Origin: Amoebophrya sp. A120
Lineage: Eukaryota > Protista > Dinoflagellata
Direction: 5' to 3'
DNA: 64,000 nucleotides
NCBI GenBank assembly: GCA_905178155.1
Contig: CAJINV010000002.1
Coordinates: 5,451,709 to 5,515,708 of the forward strand
In this document: positions 38,503-49,589 of the stretch, piece by piece
Numbering within the stretch: the first letter of the stretch is position 1
Layout of the letters: each line of letters starts with the position of its first letter
Notes under the pieces: model-generated
Seen by the model: the letters and a program-made list of their open reading frames with translations, nothing else
The model's database searches: none
Told to the model about the DNA's origin: nothing
Program-made: the position numbers and the translations under genes

Positions 38503-39443
38503 ACGAAGGCTGCGACTGCGTTTTGTTGTAGTTGAATGAGCTTCTTGAGGAAGATATTGCAAACGGAAGCTGCAGCGCGGCAAGTGAAAGTGTGTATAAT
38601 TTTTCCCTAGCTGGCGAACGAAAATCAAATCATGAACCAAGAAGTACAAATTTTTACTTCAGCCAACAATCGCGAGCGGACAAGGATGCTTTTCGTGAGA
38701 ATTACCTCACGGAAAATGAAGTGAAAAGTTCGAAGATGATGTCTGTACTGTATGATGAACAAAAAACGCTTTATTTAACGACCACCAGACTCGACCCGCC
38801 CCGGCGCTTCTCGTCCAGGAGGGTCGTTACAGCTCATGCTGATAAAAGAAAAAAGAGGGTGCTGTTTGGAACCACGCCAGGCTCAGGGGGTCACTGAATC
38901 GATCAGATTGCGGTATGCAATAAAAGTCGATCCTGACACAAGAAGCCCATCGGTATCTATTGCCGTGTCATGTCAGCACTCAAAGGCTTTCGCTCTCGGT
39001 CACTTCAACAAGTCTATTCCCCTCGGTCGTGCCGTGATGATATTGAAACAGACTTTTACTTCGGTCTTGCACTAGCTTTTGAGTTACTTCCTGTTTTCTT
39101 ATTCCTGCCCCCTCTCTGATTCTGTAACTGTATCTGGTCGGCTTTGGTGATGGCTATTCGGTGGTAACAGAATTTCTGTTCGTGTAGACGACAACGCTTC
39201 GCGGCGTAATCGAATCTATTTATCTGTTTATGTTTAATCGAAAATTTAGCAGCACGAGCAGGGCCAGGGCTCTTTCGCTTTTTACCCCTGCTGCTAGCGC
39301 AACAACTGTAGATTGATACACAGTTTCAGTTAAGGATTTTCCTCGAGCTCCTTCAGAGCTTTATTTCTTTGCTCCTCTGCTTCTGCAGCTACTGCGAACG
39401 ATTCGGCGTTGTGAAAATCAGCAAACCTTTCGCCTCACAAAGA

Positions 39444-39848
39444 ATGGCACTGACCCCGTCGGAGATCGGGAAGCACAACAAGCAGGCGGATTGCTGGGTG
39501 ATATCCTGTGCAAAAGAAAGTATCGTACTAGTATAAATTGCATTACAAATTTTCCGAAGAACAAAAATGCAATTTGTCATCCTATTTCAGGTGGAAACTT
39601 GGATTTGTCATGCACATCTGCAATTAGTACGAGCACGATACTTTTGCACAGGATAGGTGATTATCGGCGACGACGTGTACGACGTCACCAACTGGCTGCC
39701 AAACCACCCTGGCGGCGTGAAACCCATCATGAACTACGCCGGGCAAGACGCCACGGAGGAGTTCGACATGCTGCACGAGCGCGAAGTGATCAAGAAAGTC
39801 GGAATCAAGAAGGGCTTCGTGAAACACCTCGGGAAACTGCAGAAGTGA
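39444..39848 (+). CDS. Soluble cytochrome b5 domain protein; exons 39444-39501, 39661-39848
   Basis: Spliced product MALTPSEIGKHNKQADCWVIIGDDVYDVTNWLPNHPGG...AGQDATEEFDMLH contains the HPGG heme motif. Confidence 0.93.
39502..39655. mobile_element. Introner family B
   Basis: TIR TATCCTGTGCAAAAG / CTTTTGCACAGGATA. TSD GGTGA. Confidence 0.95.
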
Positions 39849-40836
39849 CACGCAAGAGAAGAGGAAGTGCTGATGATGAAGACGGGGCAAGTGATGTGAT
39901 TCAGAAATCATAGTTTCACTACTTGCTTTGTACTTATCGTTAGACACAACTTCATCGCCGGTTGTGATGCAACTATTTCTATACGCCCCATGAATGCAGT
40001 AGAAATGCAAGGGTAGTCGACGCTTCTATTTCGACGTGACGCAGCGGACTTCTTTGTGCTGCCGTGGTGGCAATTTTTTTCTCGAGTAACGCCGAAAAAG
40101 CTGCTTGGTCAAAAAATGGTTGCAAGAACTGAAGTCAATGTGCTTCTGTCATGAAGCCGCATCCTTGTTCTAGTGTTTTTGTTCGCACTGATGTCTTGGC
40201 CTCTCATCTGACGCCTGCCAACAGTGGTGATAAATTGGGCGATTGGAGGGTATAATCGTATGAGACTACTTACGACATTCCTGGTCGTGGTTTTCGTTTA
40301 TGCCGCTGTCGTATTCATTGTCTCGATCGCAAACTCCATCACCGTGGTCGATGTCCAACTGAAATGATTTACCAGGACGGACCCGGATGTCAAACCTGGT
40401 TGGACGTCGAGAGAGATGCAGATGCTGATGCAGGTACTCCGCGACAAAACGGCATGACGAGACCAGAGGACGGAATTCGACTTTCGTTTCGTTGCCGTCG
40501 TGAAGATGAATTCTCTGCTTCTACTTTGGAGTGATTATCGAGAGTAGCGATGTCCGTGTTTCGTGTCGTTCTCGTTTTGTCGTCGTCGTCTGTCTCTATT
40601 ATCAATATGATCTTTAACGACCTAGGACAACTTCCGTGGCCCAGAGATCGTTCGTCGATTCTTGCATCCACTCGCTCTAAACTTCGAGTCCACTCGTCGT
40701 CCTCGGCAGTGTGAGCGTAGTACATTTTCATTGTGCTAATTGCACCTGCCTCCAAGCTGCACATGCGTCTCATTCTTGTTTCGACTATATACTTAAATCA
40801 ATAACCGAAACCATAGAAAACAGTTGAACGACGAGA

Positions 40837-43800
40837 ATGATGACGCAAGTACAACAAGCGGCGTCCCAGCACTCGCAGTCCACCTCTGCAGCATCGTCCA
40901 CTAGTCAGGCTCCAGTGTCAGGTCGTGCTGCCACTTCTAGAACTGGGTGCGATGATGATGAGTCCAAGAAACCACGAGCCCTCTGTTCAACGTCTTTCGA
41001 GCAAATAATGACCACGTCGGCAACTTCCGGAACTTGCTCTTGCAACAGTGCGAGCAGTGGTACTAGTGGTTCTGCTTCATTCACTTCCAATGCGACACCT
41101 ACTTCTACTGCAACATCTTCGTCCTCCCTCTTCACAGCCGCCTTGAACCTGTTCAACATTGCACCAGCGAATGAGAATGGACGAGTTGATGACCATCTTC
41201 CACCAGAAATGAACCAAGAAGCTCCTTCTCCAGCTACAACTGAAAACAAACCAGCCAAGAAGCGTCGAATCATCCGGCGCATGAGACACACGGCAGCTGG
41301 GGCTGCTGCATCTGCTTCTACTCAGGGCAAGGAAATGAAATTACCTTGTGGAAGCGATGACGTTGACGACGGTGAAAAAGATGCCCGCTGCGGAATTATG
41401 AATCACGAAGAAGAGGACGCCAGCAATTCTTCTACAACTGAACCCGTCGCAATCGCAATTGCCGATGACGCGGGCGGAAATAGCTTTGGTCGTCGCACTC
41501 TGCAACACTTCTCGAAGATGAAAAACAAGAAGAAACGATCTTCCCCGGTGGGTTCTTGCCGCGATGCGGCTTTGGCGTTTCTGATCGACGCGACAACCAG
41601 TCTAGAAGGTGCAGTTGCGGTACACCAAGACCGGAAGTGCGAGGAAGAGCAAGATGATGATGGGACGAAAAGGACAAAATCTTCTTCATCTCCATCTCCC
41701 TTGGTGACAGGTCACAGCGACACGAGCTGTGTGCTGGCGATTTCGTGTCGAAAAGGAGCAGACAGTCTTTCTTTTCCCTCCTCTGCGAGAAGAACTAGAG
41801 CTACAGCTTCTTCTCCCATTCCGGATGGAAGTGTGGTCACCGTCACCGCTCCTGGAACAGAAAATGACAAAAACATCACGAAGATGAAGATCACTACTCT
41901 CCTAAAGAATAACAAACCACCCCCCGCGCACAAGCTGCAGCGGCTGCCAGCGATTCAGGAAGAGGATGAGGACGAGCAGGAGGAAGATCATGAAACTGCG
42001 ATCATAAACTGCTGTCCCGACGGCGAACAGGTGGCACAGGTTGCCGTGGTGCAGGGCTCCGCTGCACTGCACGCCTACGCCTCTGCGAAGGCAGACAGCA
42101 CGGGTGGGATCCTCAGCCTCGCCTGCATCCCCGTCATCGTGCCGTTTTCCATGCCCTACGAGAACGTCATCGACTTTTTTCCGCTGAACGATCGGTATTT
42201 TTTTCGAAGGAAAGTGTTGGATTTTCATTTTAGTAATTTTTTCCGTTGAAAATAATGATATATGCTGAGCTAGTTGACGAGCTTGTCTTGCGTCATATTT
42301 GTCACTTGGCTTGATGTTGCACAAAAATCAAAAGCTTCTAGGATGAATGCAAGATGAGTGTCAGAATCCTTGCTGCAACTGCATAGAGCACTACAACAGA
42401 GTGCTGGCTATTTTTATGTTGAAGGAGGTTTCTACTGCTGGATTTCAATAGAATTTTCCTGAAATCGGATCGATCCCAGGGCGACGAAGTTCCAGAAGAC
42501 TTTGATCGTCCTGACTATGACACAAGGCACGGTCTCCCTGGTCCAGCTCCTCCTGGGTGACTTGTTGGGCGGGTTTCTGGGCGGCGTGATGGCGACGTGC
42601 GGAAGCTACGCCACCTCCCCTCAAGGTATCGCGTGGCTGCCGACCTACACGGTGCTGTCTTTCCTCAACGGCTCCGTGGCGGCGCTCAGTCTGCTGGAAA
42701 AGGTATGTCAACTAGAACTCCTCGGTGGATGGTTCTCACGGGCGCCTCGTGTGATGCTGGCAACCCCCTCTTTAGTTGTTCTGTTGTGATTAAGTGCGTT
42801 CATTTCATGAGGTGGGTGTGTTTTCCTTTTCTTCAACATCATATGATTAAATAAGGAGGCTCATTCTTCGGGGGCTGTTGCTTCGGCCTCCTCGGTCTTG
42901 ATTTGAGTTGTCGTAAATGAGTTTGAAGGAAATCAAAAACTGCCAACGCACCACAGATTGCCTTCTCGAAGTTTGCTTTTCTGTCCCTGACCAACCCCTT
43001 CGCCGTGAATTTCGTGCACGCGGTATGAAAGTGGAAAACCTGACTTCCCGTGCTGCCTGTCGGTGCCCCCCGTAGTTGTGGGGCAATAAATGCAAAATCG
43101 AAAGAATGCAAATGCATCTCTACTCGTGCAGCTGTTGTGGCTTTTTATTCTTGGCAGTACGAACTGACAAGTTCTGCCCGCTGAAAAATTGTCCTGCGCA
43201 GAACCTGACACAGTTTCTTTGTCTTGCTAGTATTGTTTTTGGCGTTGTACTGACTAGTGATGGAGTTCTTGAAATGAGGGGGAGATGCTTGTTAGGGTTG
43301 TTGTCGAGTTGTCCACTTTCATCCGCGGTGGTGCTAGCAGCGCCGGTCTGCTCCTTCGCCGGCGTGTATTACAGCCACCAGCTTTTGAAGGAATTGCGGG
43401 CGATATACTAGCTAACTGTCCCCTCGCCCAAAGCCAAAAATTGAAAGAATTGTCTTGCATGGACAGTACCACATGAAACATCATCCGTTGATCATTTGCA
43501 AGACACGACATAATTTTTCGGTCGTTGAGAACACAGACCCTTAATTCAGCAAGCCAGGTCCTATCTTTCGTATGCCTATTTTGCAGGAGATCGTCTTCGT
43601 TGGGATTACGGAAATCTTCTTTTTCGGCGTACTGAAATAGTGCAACATCTCGCATGATCACCAATTGCCGAGCAGGGGGACATTTGTAGTGCATAGGGGA
43701 TGCACTCAGCCAGTGGGTCGCTCGTCGACACCAGTCTCGACATAACGCAGCAGAACGCGGCTCTCGCAGGTGGATTAGCTTCCTCCTCAACCCCCGGTGC

Positions 43801-43903
43801 TCTACCAGGAACGGAGATGCACCGGTCCGCGGCCGCCCAGAATCTCGTGCCCTTCTCCGGTCGGCCGCACACTATTGTCTCCTCCTCCGGTGAGGACCAA
43901 TAA
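40837..43903 (+). CDS. Hypothetical multi-pass membrane protein with long low-complexity N-terminus; exons ~40837-42195, 42469-42702, 42957-43023, 43329-43403, 43701-43903
   Basis: In-frame joins give 3-4 hydrophobic helices (TLIVLTMTQGTVSLVQLLLGDLLGG..., LPTYTVLSFLNGSVAAL, AVVLAAPVCSFAGVYY). One GT-AG intron at 42703-42956. The start is uncertain. Confidence 0.65.
42196..42463. mobile_element. Highly degenerate introner-like intron
   Basis: Direct repeat ATCGG at 42191-42195 / 42464-42468 gives an in-frame join. Starts TAT, but the inverted repeat is largely eroded. Confidence 0.5.
43024..43323. mobile_element. Introner family E
   Basis: Inverted repeat TATGAAAGTGGAAAAC / GTTGTCCACTTTCATC. 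TSD CGCGG. Confidence 0.85.
43404..43695. mobile_element. Introner family F
   Basis: Inverted repeat TATACTAGCTAACTGTCCCC / GGGGACATTTGTAGTGCATA. TSD GGCGA/GGGGA. Confidence 0.8.
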
Positions 43904-45406
43904 GGGACCGGGGAAGTGTAGTTGTAGTGAGAAGAGAAGCGAAGTACTTAGAACGAAAAAACAACAATAAGCAGTCTCGTGAAGTAGAGCCTGACAATGG
44001 GAACAAAAACGAAAACCACGACGCACATATAATACACTAAGTTAGTAGCACCAGGCTTGTTGTCTTCTACTAGGGAATTGTCGTTCGATTGTCTCGATGT
44101 ACAGGTATTCGTCGCAGGATTGTTCTTTCCTGTTCCTGTAAATTTTCTGTTACAGATGAATGAAAAAATGAAAAATTTCATTGTCCGTATCGTCTCCCCG
44201 CATCAGAATCTTGAGAACTTTCAAAAAGCCCATCTAGCGCGACCACACTCCGTCTTGATACAAATTCGCAAGAACGTACGCCTACTCTATTTCAGCTGTC
44301 AGTTGTTTCATCGCCCGCGCAATCCTTGTGCTTTTATTTGAAGAGATCATTTAAGTACGGAATACAGTTACAGATAAATCGAAATCGGGCTTCCCGAGGG
44401 TCCGTCGAGTTCTTGTGCTCCGATACTGTCCACCAAAAAGAATCTCCGAACAGGAGCAAATTCGAATTTTAGCATCCTGGTAAAGGTGAAAGTAGGTTTC
44501 ACAGTCTCTTTTGCTTCGCGTTCTTTTTCCTTTTCGTTCGAGATATTTTTCGAATTGGAAGAGAATGATGAAAGATGTTTCTCCGAAGCAAAACGAAAAC
44601 AGTTGCGAAAAAACGCCTTTGCTGCTAAGAAATTGCCACGAAATGTCTAATGGAAGAGCATGTTCGTCCTACTAGCAATGTCGGTCAAAGTGAAAAAGAA
44701 CACATTGATCCCGGAATGATCTCAAGGTGAAGAGAAAGATCCAGCCATTTTGTTCCAAAAATTGAAATTCATTCCGTCCAACATCGAGGTTCAAATTTGT
44801 GTCAAATCTCCCAACGCATGCCTCACTCAATATTCGCCGCCGGGAAGATCGACCCATGTTGTATGACTGGGAAAATAAAGTCGGTCAAGAAAGTCGTCTG
44901 CCGCTCCTGGCAAATGAGTATGTCGAGGAACGATCGAACGATGATTCAATCATTGCGAAGTACACGCGCTTCTAAGACTTGGTAGACAAAAAGTCTTGGA
45001 TGTGTCGTGGCACGACAGTGGACGCCGAGACTTCTTATCATATATGTAGTACTTCTACTAAAAAGCGTTTGCAATCAACACTCTAATTCTATTTCGCATC
45101 CAAAAGTACAAGTTTGTAGTCAAATCTCATCTCGTGGTGTACTAGCGGCCAGTTTGTCAAGTCGCTCTTGTTGTACAACTAGCGTCAAGTCTGTCAGTCA
45201 CCTCGTAGTGCTTTAAACCCACTCGTACCATTGTCTTCTACAACTTCTACAAGCGGGAAAAAGCAATTGTGATTATAAAGCTCCAAAATAAAAGCGCGAG
45301 GCGATTTCGAACGCGAGCACTCTGTGGGCCGAACAATCTCTTGGCAGTCCAAAAACAAGGAGAACGCACTCACATACTTAGTAAAAGTATAGATACAAAG
45401 ATAACC

Positions 45407-46938
45407 ATGTTTCTGTTTGCGCATACTACTTCCCTGTTGGTCCTCGTGGCCTGCTGGGGCGGAAACTTGCTGCACTTCGGGGCCCCCGCGAGTGGTTCGT
45501 TGTTTGCCATGGTCCGCGCGGTGGGGTTGACATCGACGTCGAAGTCGCCGCCTCGGAAGAAGAGGAGGTTTGGAGGGGCATTGCAACCGTCCTCGGAACA
45601 AGAAACTTCTCGGGGGCCCGAGGCTCTCGAAATTTTCTTCAATGAGCAGAGACGCTGGCAGAATCAATGGCCGTACAATTCTCGTGACACTCCGCTTTTT
45701 CTGGAGCAAGTGCTCCGGAAGGAGCACCTGCGGGAGTATCCGGCCACGCTTCTCGGCGAGAACTTTGTGCAAGCAATTCTTACCGCGTCGACGACTTTCG
45801 GGCCCAGGCACTTATTTTCTTTGGGATTCGCCCCCACCCAAGTAGAAAATGGCTGGACACTGGAAGAAGATTCGCCGCTGGTGCGATCGGTTGCGGAGTA
45901 CTTTTTCAGTAAAACTAGTAGTCCGAGAAAAGTTGACGAGCTCTTGGGTGCTTTGCCGGTACGACGCGACGACGACACGACCAACCGACCTCACGATGGC
46001 AATAACCGCGCAAGCCCCTCGAAAGCACGGCGATCTGCCTGCGAGCAGTGGAGAGTGCGAGCATTTCTTATCATGGTGAAAAGTGCAGCTACCATCCCCA
46101 AATGTGGAAGTGTTTGCATTGCAAAAGTTCTAAAGGAAAACATTTGCCAGCTGGCATGTATCAGCATGAGAAATGTTCCGGCCAGGGCAGCTAGTGAAAG
46201 TGTCGTCTCCTGTTGCAGTTGATGCACAGTGTGACAGTATATAAGCGATGTCTGTCATGCTGAAGTTGCGTCACTGGCTGAAACAAATTTATAAACAATA
46301 AATGCGTCGCATCCATCGAATAAAAAGAAATTCCGTGGTGTGGAAAGTTTGCATTGCAAACTACTTGCGCGGCTTCTGACGGTGAGGAACTTTTCACTTT
46401 GATATCGGCTGTTAAAGAGCTCCTCGTCGACACACGACGGTATGTCGCTTTTGACGACGTCATCAATCATGACGCTAGTCCCCTACTGCTTCCTCTTCTT
46501 CGACGTAAGCTGGACAAAATCGCGCACCAAGCACAGGAGGAGCGGGTTCGAGCGGTTGCAACTTGGCTGTGCAGCCGTGGAAATCCACCTGCGAAGGATG
46601 AAGATAGAGACGAGAAAGAGAGAGAAGCTGCCCGGAACCCCCCCGTTTGCAAATTGATACTCTCCTTCGAGACGTCTCTTGCCCCTGAACCTGAAAGGTT
46701 GCTGGATCTCAAATTCTGGATCGACCTAGAAAGCCCCGAGAGGTTTTCCCATGTCATGAGCATCCGTCTGCCTAATGTATCGAAGGCAGAGCTGGACGTA
46801 TTGAAGGCAGAGCTGGACCACGAAGCAGTACAGGCAACTGGTAGTGGTGCGGCAAGTACTACATCCTGGCCCTCAGATTCCGTCTCGGCAGATCACGTAT
46901 TGGAGCTTCAATGCGCTGATGACGTGCACGTGATTTGA
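45407..46938 (+). CDS. Hypothetical protein with signal-peptide-like N-terminus; probable intron ~46110-46345
   Basis: ORF 45269-46222 (ATG 45407, MFLFAHTTSLLVLVACWGG) joins ORF 46354-46938 in frame via the repeat TGTGGAA. Confidence 0.45.
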
Positions 46939-47760
46939 TATTAGAGGGTGGAATATGACCTTGTTTGAGTTTGTAACAAATAAGATCGCAGGTAGAATCC
47001 ACACATATTCAGCTCGATCTTGTTACCGACTTCTATCTCTTTTATTATGTTCTCTACCAACATTTTCGCAGCAATTTCGCATCAGCTTGTTAGAAAGTTA
47101 GCCACTTCACAGTGCGTTTTGTGCTACGAAATTTGTATCGTTGTAGTAAAAGTAAGCCCGCCCAGTATGTGTATCATTGTATGATTGTAAGTACATAGCG
47201 CCAGTACAAGTATCTCTTTCTGTATGATTGTGACCACAAAAAACCTTTTATTCCGTCTCATCAACCATGGAAAGGTAAAGGAGGACCATGCATTGATGCA
47301 TGTCTCTGTGTACCTGATTTGGAAAGAGATAGAAAAAGAATCTCGCCTGGCGGTGACATCACGTACCAAGTACAACTACAAGCACAGACACGACAGTGCT
47401 CGTCTCGGCTGCAAGGGTTTGTTTTGTAACGGGAAAAAATAATCGAGTTCTTCTTCGGTTTTTTTTCTTTTACCCGTGAAATTTTTTTTTGCGTTTCTTG
47501 TCGGATGTTGGGAGTCAAAGTGCAGATAATGGCTCCTTTTTGATGGCCGCGGCCACTTCACTTGGACAAATTATACTACAGAGAGACCCTTGTCGTGATC
47601 GTGAACCAAGAAGGCGAAGAGAGATACGGTGTTGTACAGAGCAAAAAATCGCAAACAAGCGCCCTCTTTTGCTTTCGTGGCGAGGGACGGGAGTAGACAA
47701 AAAAAAGCCATTTCGTTTTGACAAGCAAAAGTTTTATCTTTTTTATTGATGTTGCCATCA

Positions 47761-49249
47761 TCTGGTAACCAAATGCGTGCGCGCGCGCGCGCAGAGCGCG
47801 CGCCGGCCCACGAAGCCGGCGCGCGCGCTCTGCGCGCTTGCGATATTGCTTAGCAAACGCAGCGCGAAGGCAGTTGCCGTTACCATATAGGGCAACCGCC
47901 GGGAGGCGTGAAGGTCAGGGAAATGGCCAGAAATGAAGCGGGAGAAGGGAAAAAAAACGGACCAGATGGGAAAATGGCCAGGAGGTCAAAAATGTCGCAA
48001 AAACGGCAGAAACCAAGCGGGAGAAGGTGAAAAAAGAGCATTTTTGCGGTTTGGCCCACTTGATATCTGAAAAAAAGACGGACTGTTTTTTGCTCCGCTC
48101 GCTGGCCAGCTGCGTTGGAGAAGCAGGCCCGCGACCTGTCCGGAAGCCTTGGGCCGCTTGATACGTGAAAAAAGTTGGAAAAAAATGACAAAAAATTGCT
48201 TCATAACGTGGGTGGAAGCAATCGTCGGATTTTGTGCAGATCACCCGGGCCACTTGGAAAATGGGAAAAGAAGAAAAATCTTGCAGAAGCGCAATCCCTC
48301 CGCAGGCTTCAAAACTGCCAGTGAGATGTGGGCGGTGAAAATGTGCAGGTCGCCCGGGCCACTTGAAAACCAGAAAAAGATGAAAAATTGCCCAAAAGCG
48401 CAATCCCTCCGCAGGCTTCAACACTGCCAGTCGGATGTGGGCGGTGAAAATGTGCAGGTCGCCCGGGCCACTTCAAAACCAGAAAAAGATGAAAAATTGC
48501 GCAAAAGCGCAATCCCCCCGCAGGCTTCGAAATTGCCAGTCAGATGCGGGCGGTGAAAATGTGCAGGTCGCCCGGGCCAGTTGGAAACCAGAAAAAAACG
48601 CGAAAATTAAAAGAAATCGAGAACCCCCGGCAGGCTTAGAAACTGGCCACCAAGGGCGGTCCGGCGGGCGCGCGCTTGCGCCGTACCATCGCGATTGGGA
48701 AAAAAAAACCGCACTAGAAGCGGGCGGAGGGATGTCACAAAATCCCTGCTTGCCAGGGGTTGGGGGCACAAATTCGGCACCTCCGCCGCGTCTGAAATGC
48801 CCGATTTTGGTGGCCCGGAAGGGTCCGCGGATATTCGGCTTTCCACATACCTTCTTGGCCAGGGGGCCAGTTTGTCATGCAGGGGGCCAGAAAGGATGCC
48901 CCGCTGCGAAATAGCAGACCGGATTTCGCCTTCAATGCTTATCGCAGGAGCCTGCGGGCCGCCGCGGGCGACAGTAGTTGTCCGCGGCCCTTTAGGGCCG
49001 CGGGGAAGTGGTGGAGCCCGCGGTGAATGCGAATCCGGAAGCCCCCGATGACCCAGGTACCTTCCTGGCAAGGGGGCCAGTTTCTCACGCAGGGGGCTTG
49101 AAGAGGAAGGAGTGGGACTGTAATCAAAAATAAATAGCGCCAAAGCGCGGCCCGCAGGGCCGCGCTTTGGCGCGCGGCTGGTTAGGCTTTCGCGCTGGTT
49201 AGATTTTCGCGCACGCATTTGGTTACCAATATCGCCCTCCGGGCGCGAT
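47761..49249 (+). mobile_element. Non-autonomous ~1.47-kb element with 21-bp inverted repeats, GC-rich hairpins and central tandem array; Helitron2/Helentron-like
   Basis: TGGTAACCAAATGCGTGCGCG (47763-47783) / CGCGCACGCATTTGGTTACCA (49208-49228). Hairpins at 47787-47837, 49137-49173 and 49231-49249. Second copy at 12976. The superfamily call is inference and the right boundary is uncertain. Confidence 0.85.
48240..48650 (+). repeat. 109-bp tandem repeat, 3 full units plus 1 diverged unit
   Basis: Units start at 48240, 48349, 48458 and 48567 (CCCGGGCCACTT...GCGCAATCCCTCCGCAGGCTTC...GGGCGGTGAAAATGTGCAG). Confidence 0.93.
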
Positions 49250-49589
49250 CTTCATAGAATTAGAACCACAGCGGCACTCGGCTCATCGTCATCAACAGGA
49301 GACCGACGGACTTAGTAGAAACGCCGGCTTAGCCCCTCTGACTGAATTTTTGCAAATAGAAGAAGATACTGATACCCTAGACCACCCTAAAAAGAGTCTA
49401 ATTCTCCGGTCACGTACAATGAAGCCTAAGTTGAGTAGCCGACAACTACTGTTGCAGATGTTTCAGGCTCTCGACTAACAATGACCGCGTGAACTACGCA
49501 TCTTCTTCGAGAGCACCTCCAGCACCCGGCGCAACAATCAGAAAGTATCCCCTCCTCCGAACTCCAAAGCACGGCAAAGGACGACGCGC

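Noticed and set aside
48240-48650. Periodic repeats as a CRISPR array
   Set aside because: The units are contiguous 109-bp tandem copies with no unique spacers, there are no cas genes, and the context is eukaryotic.
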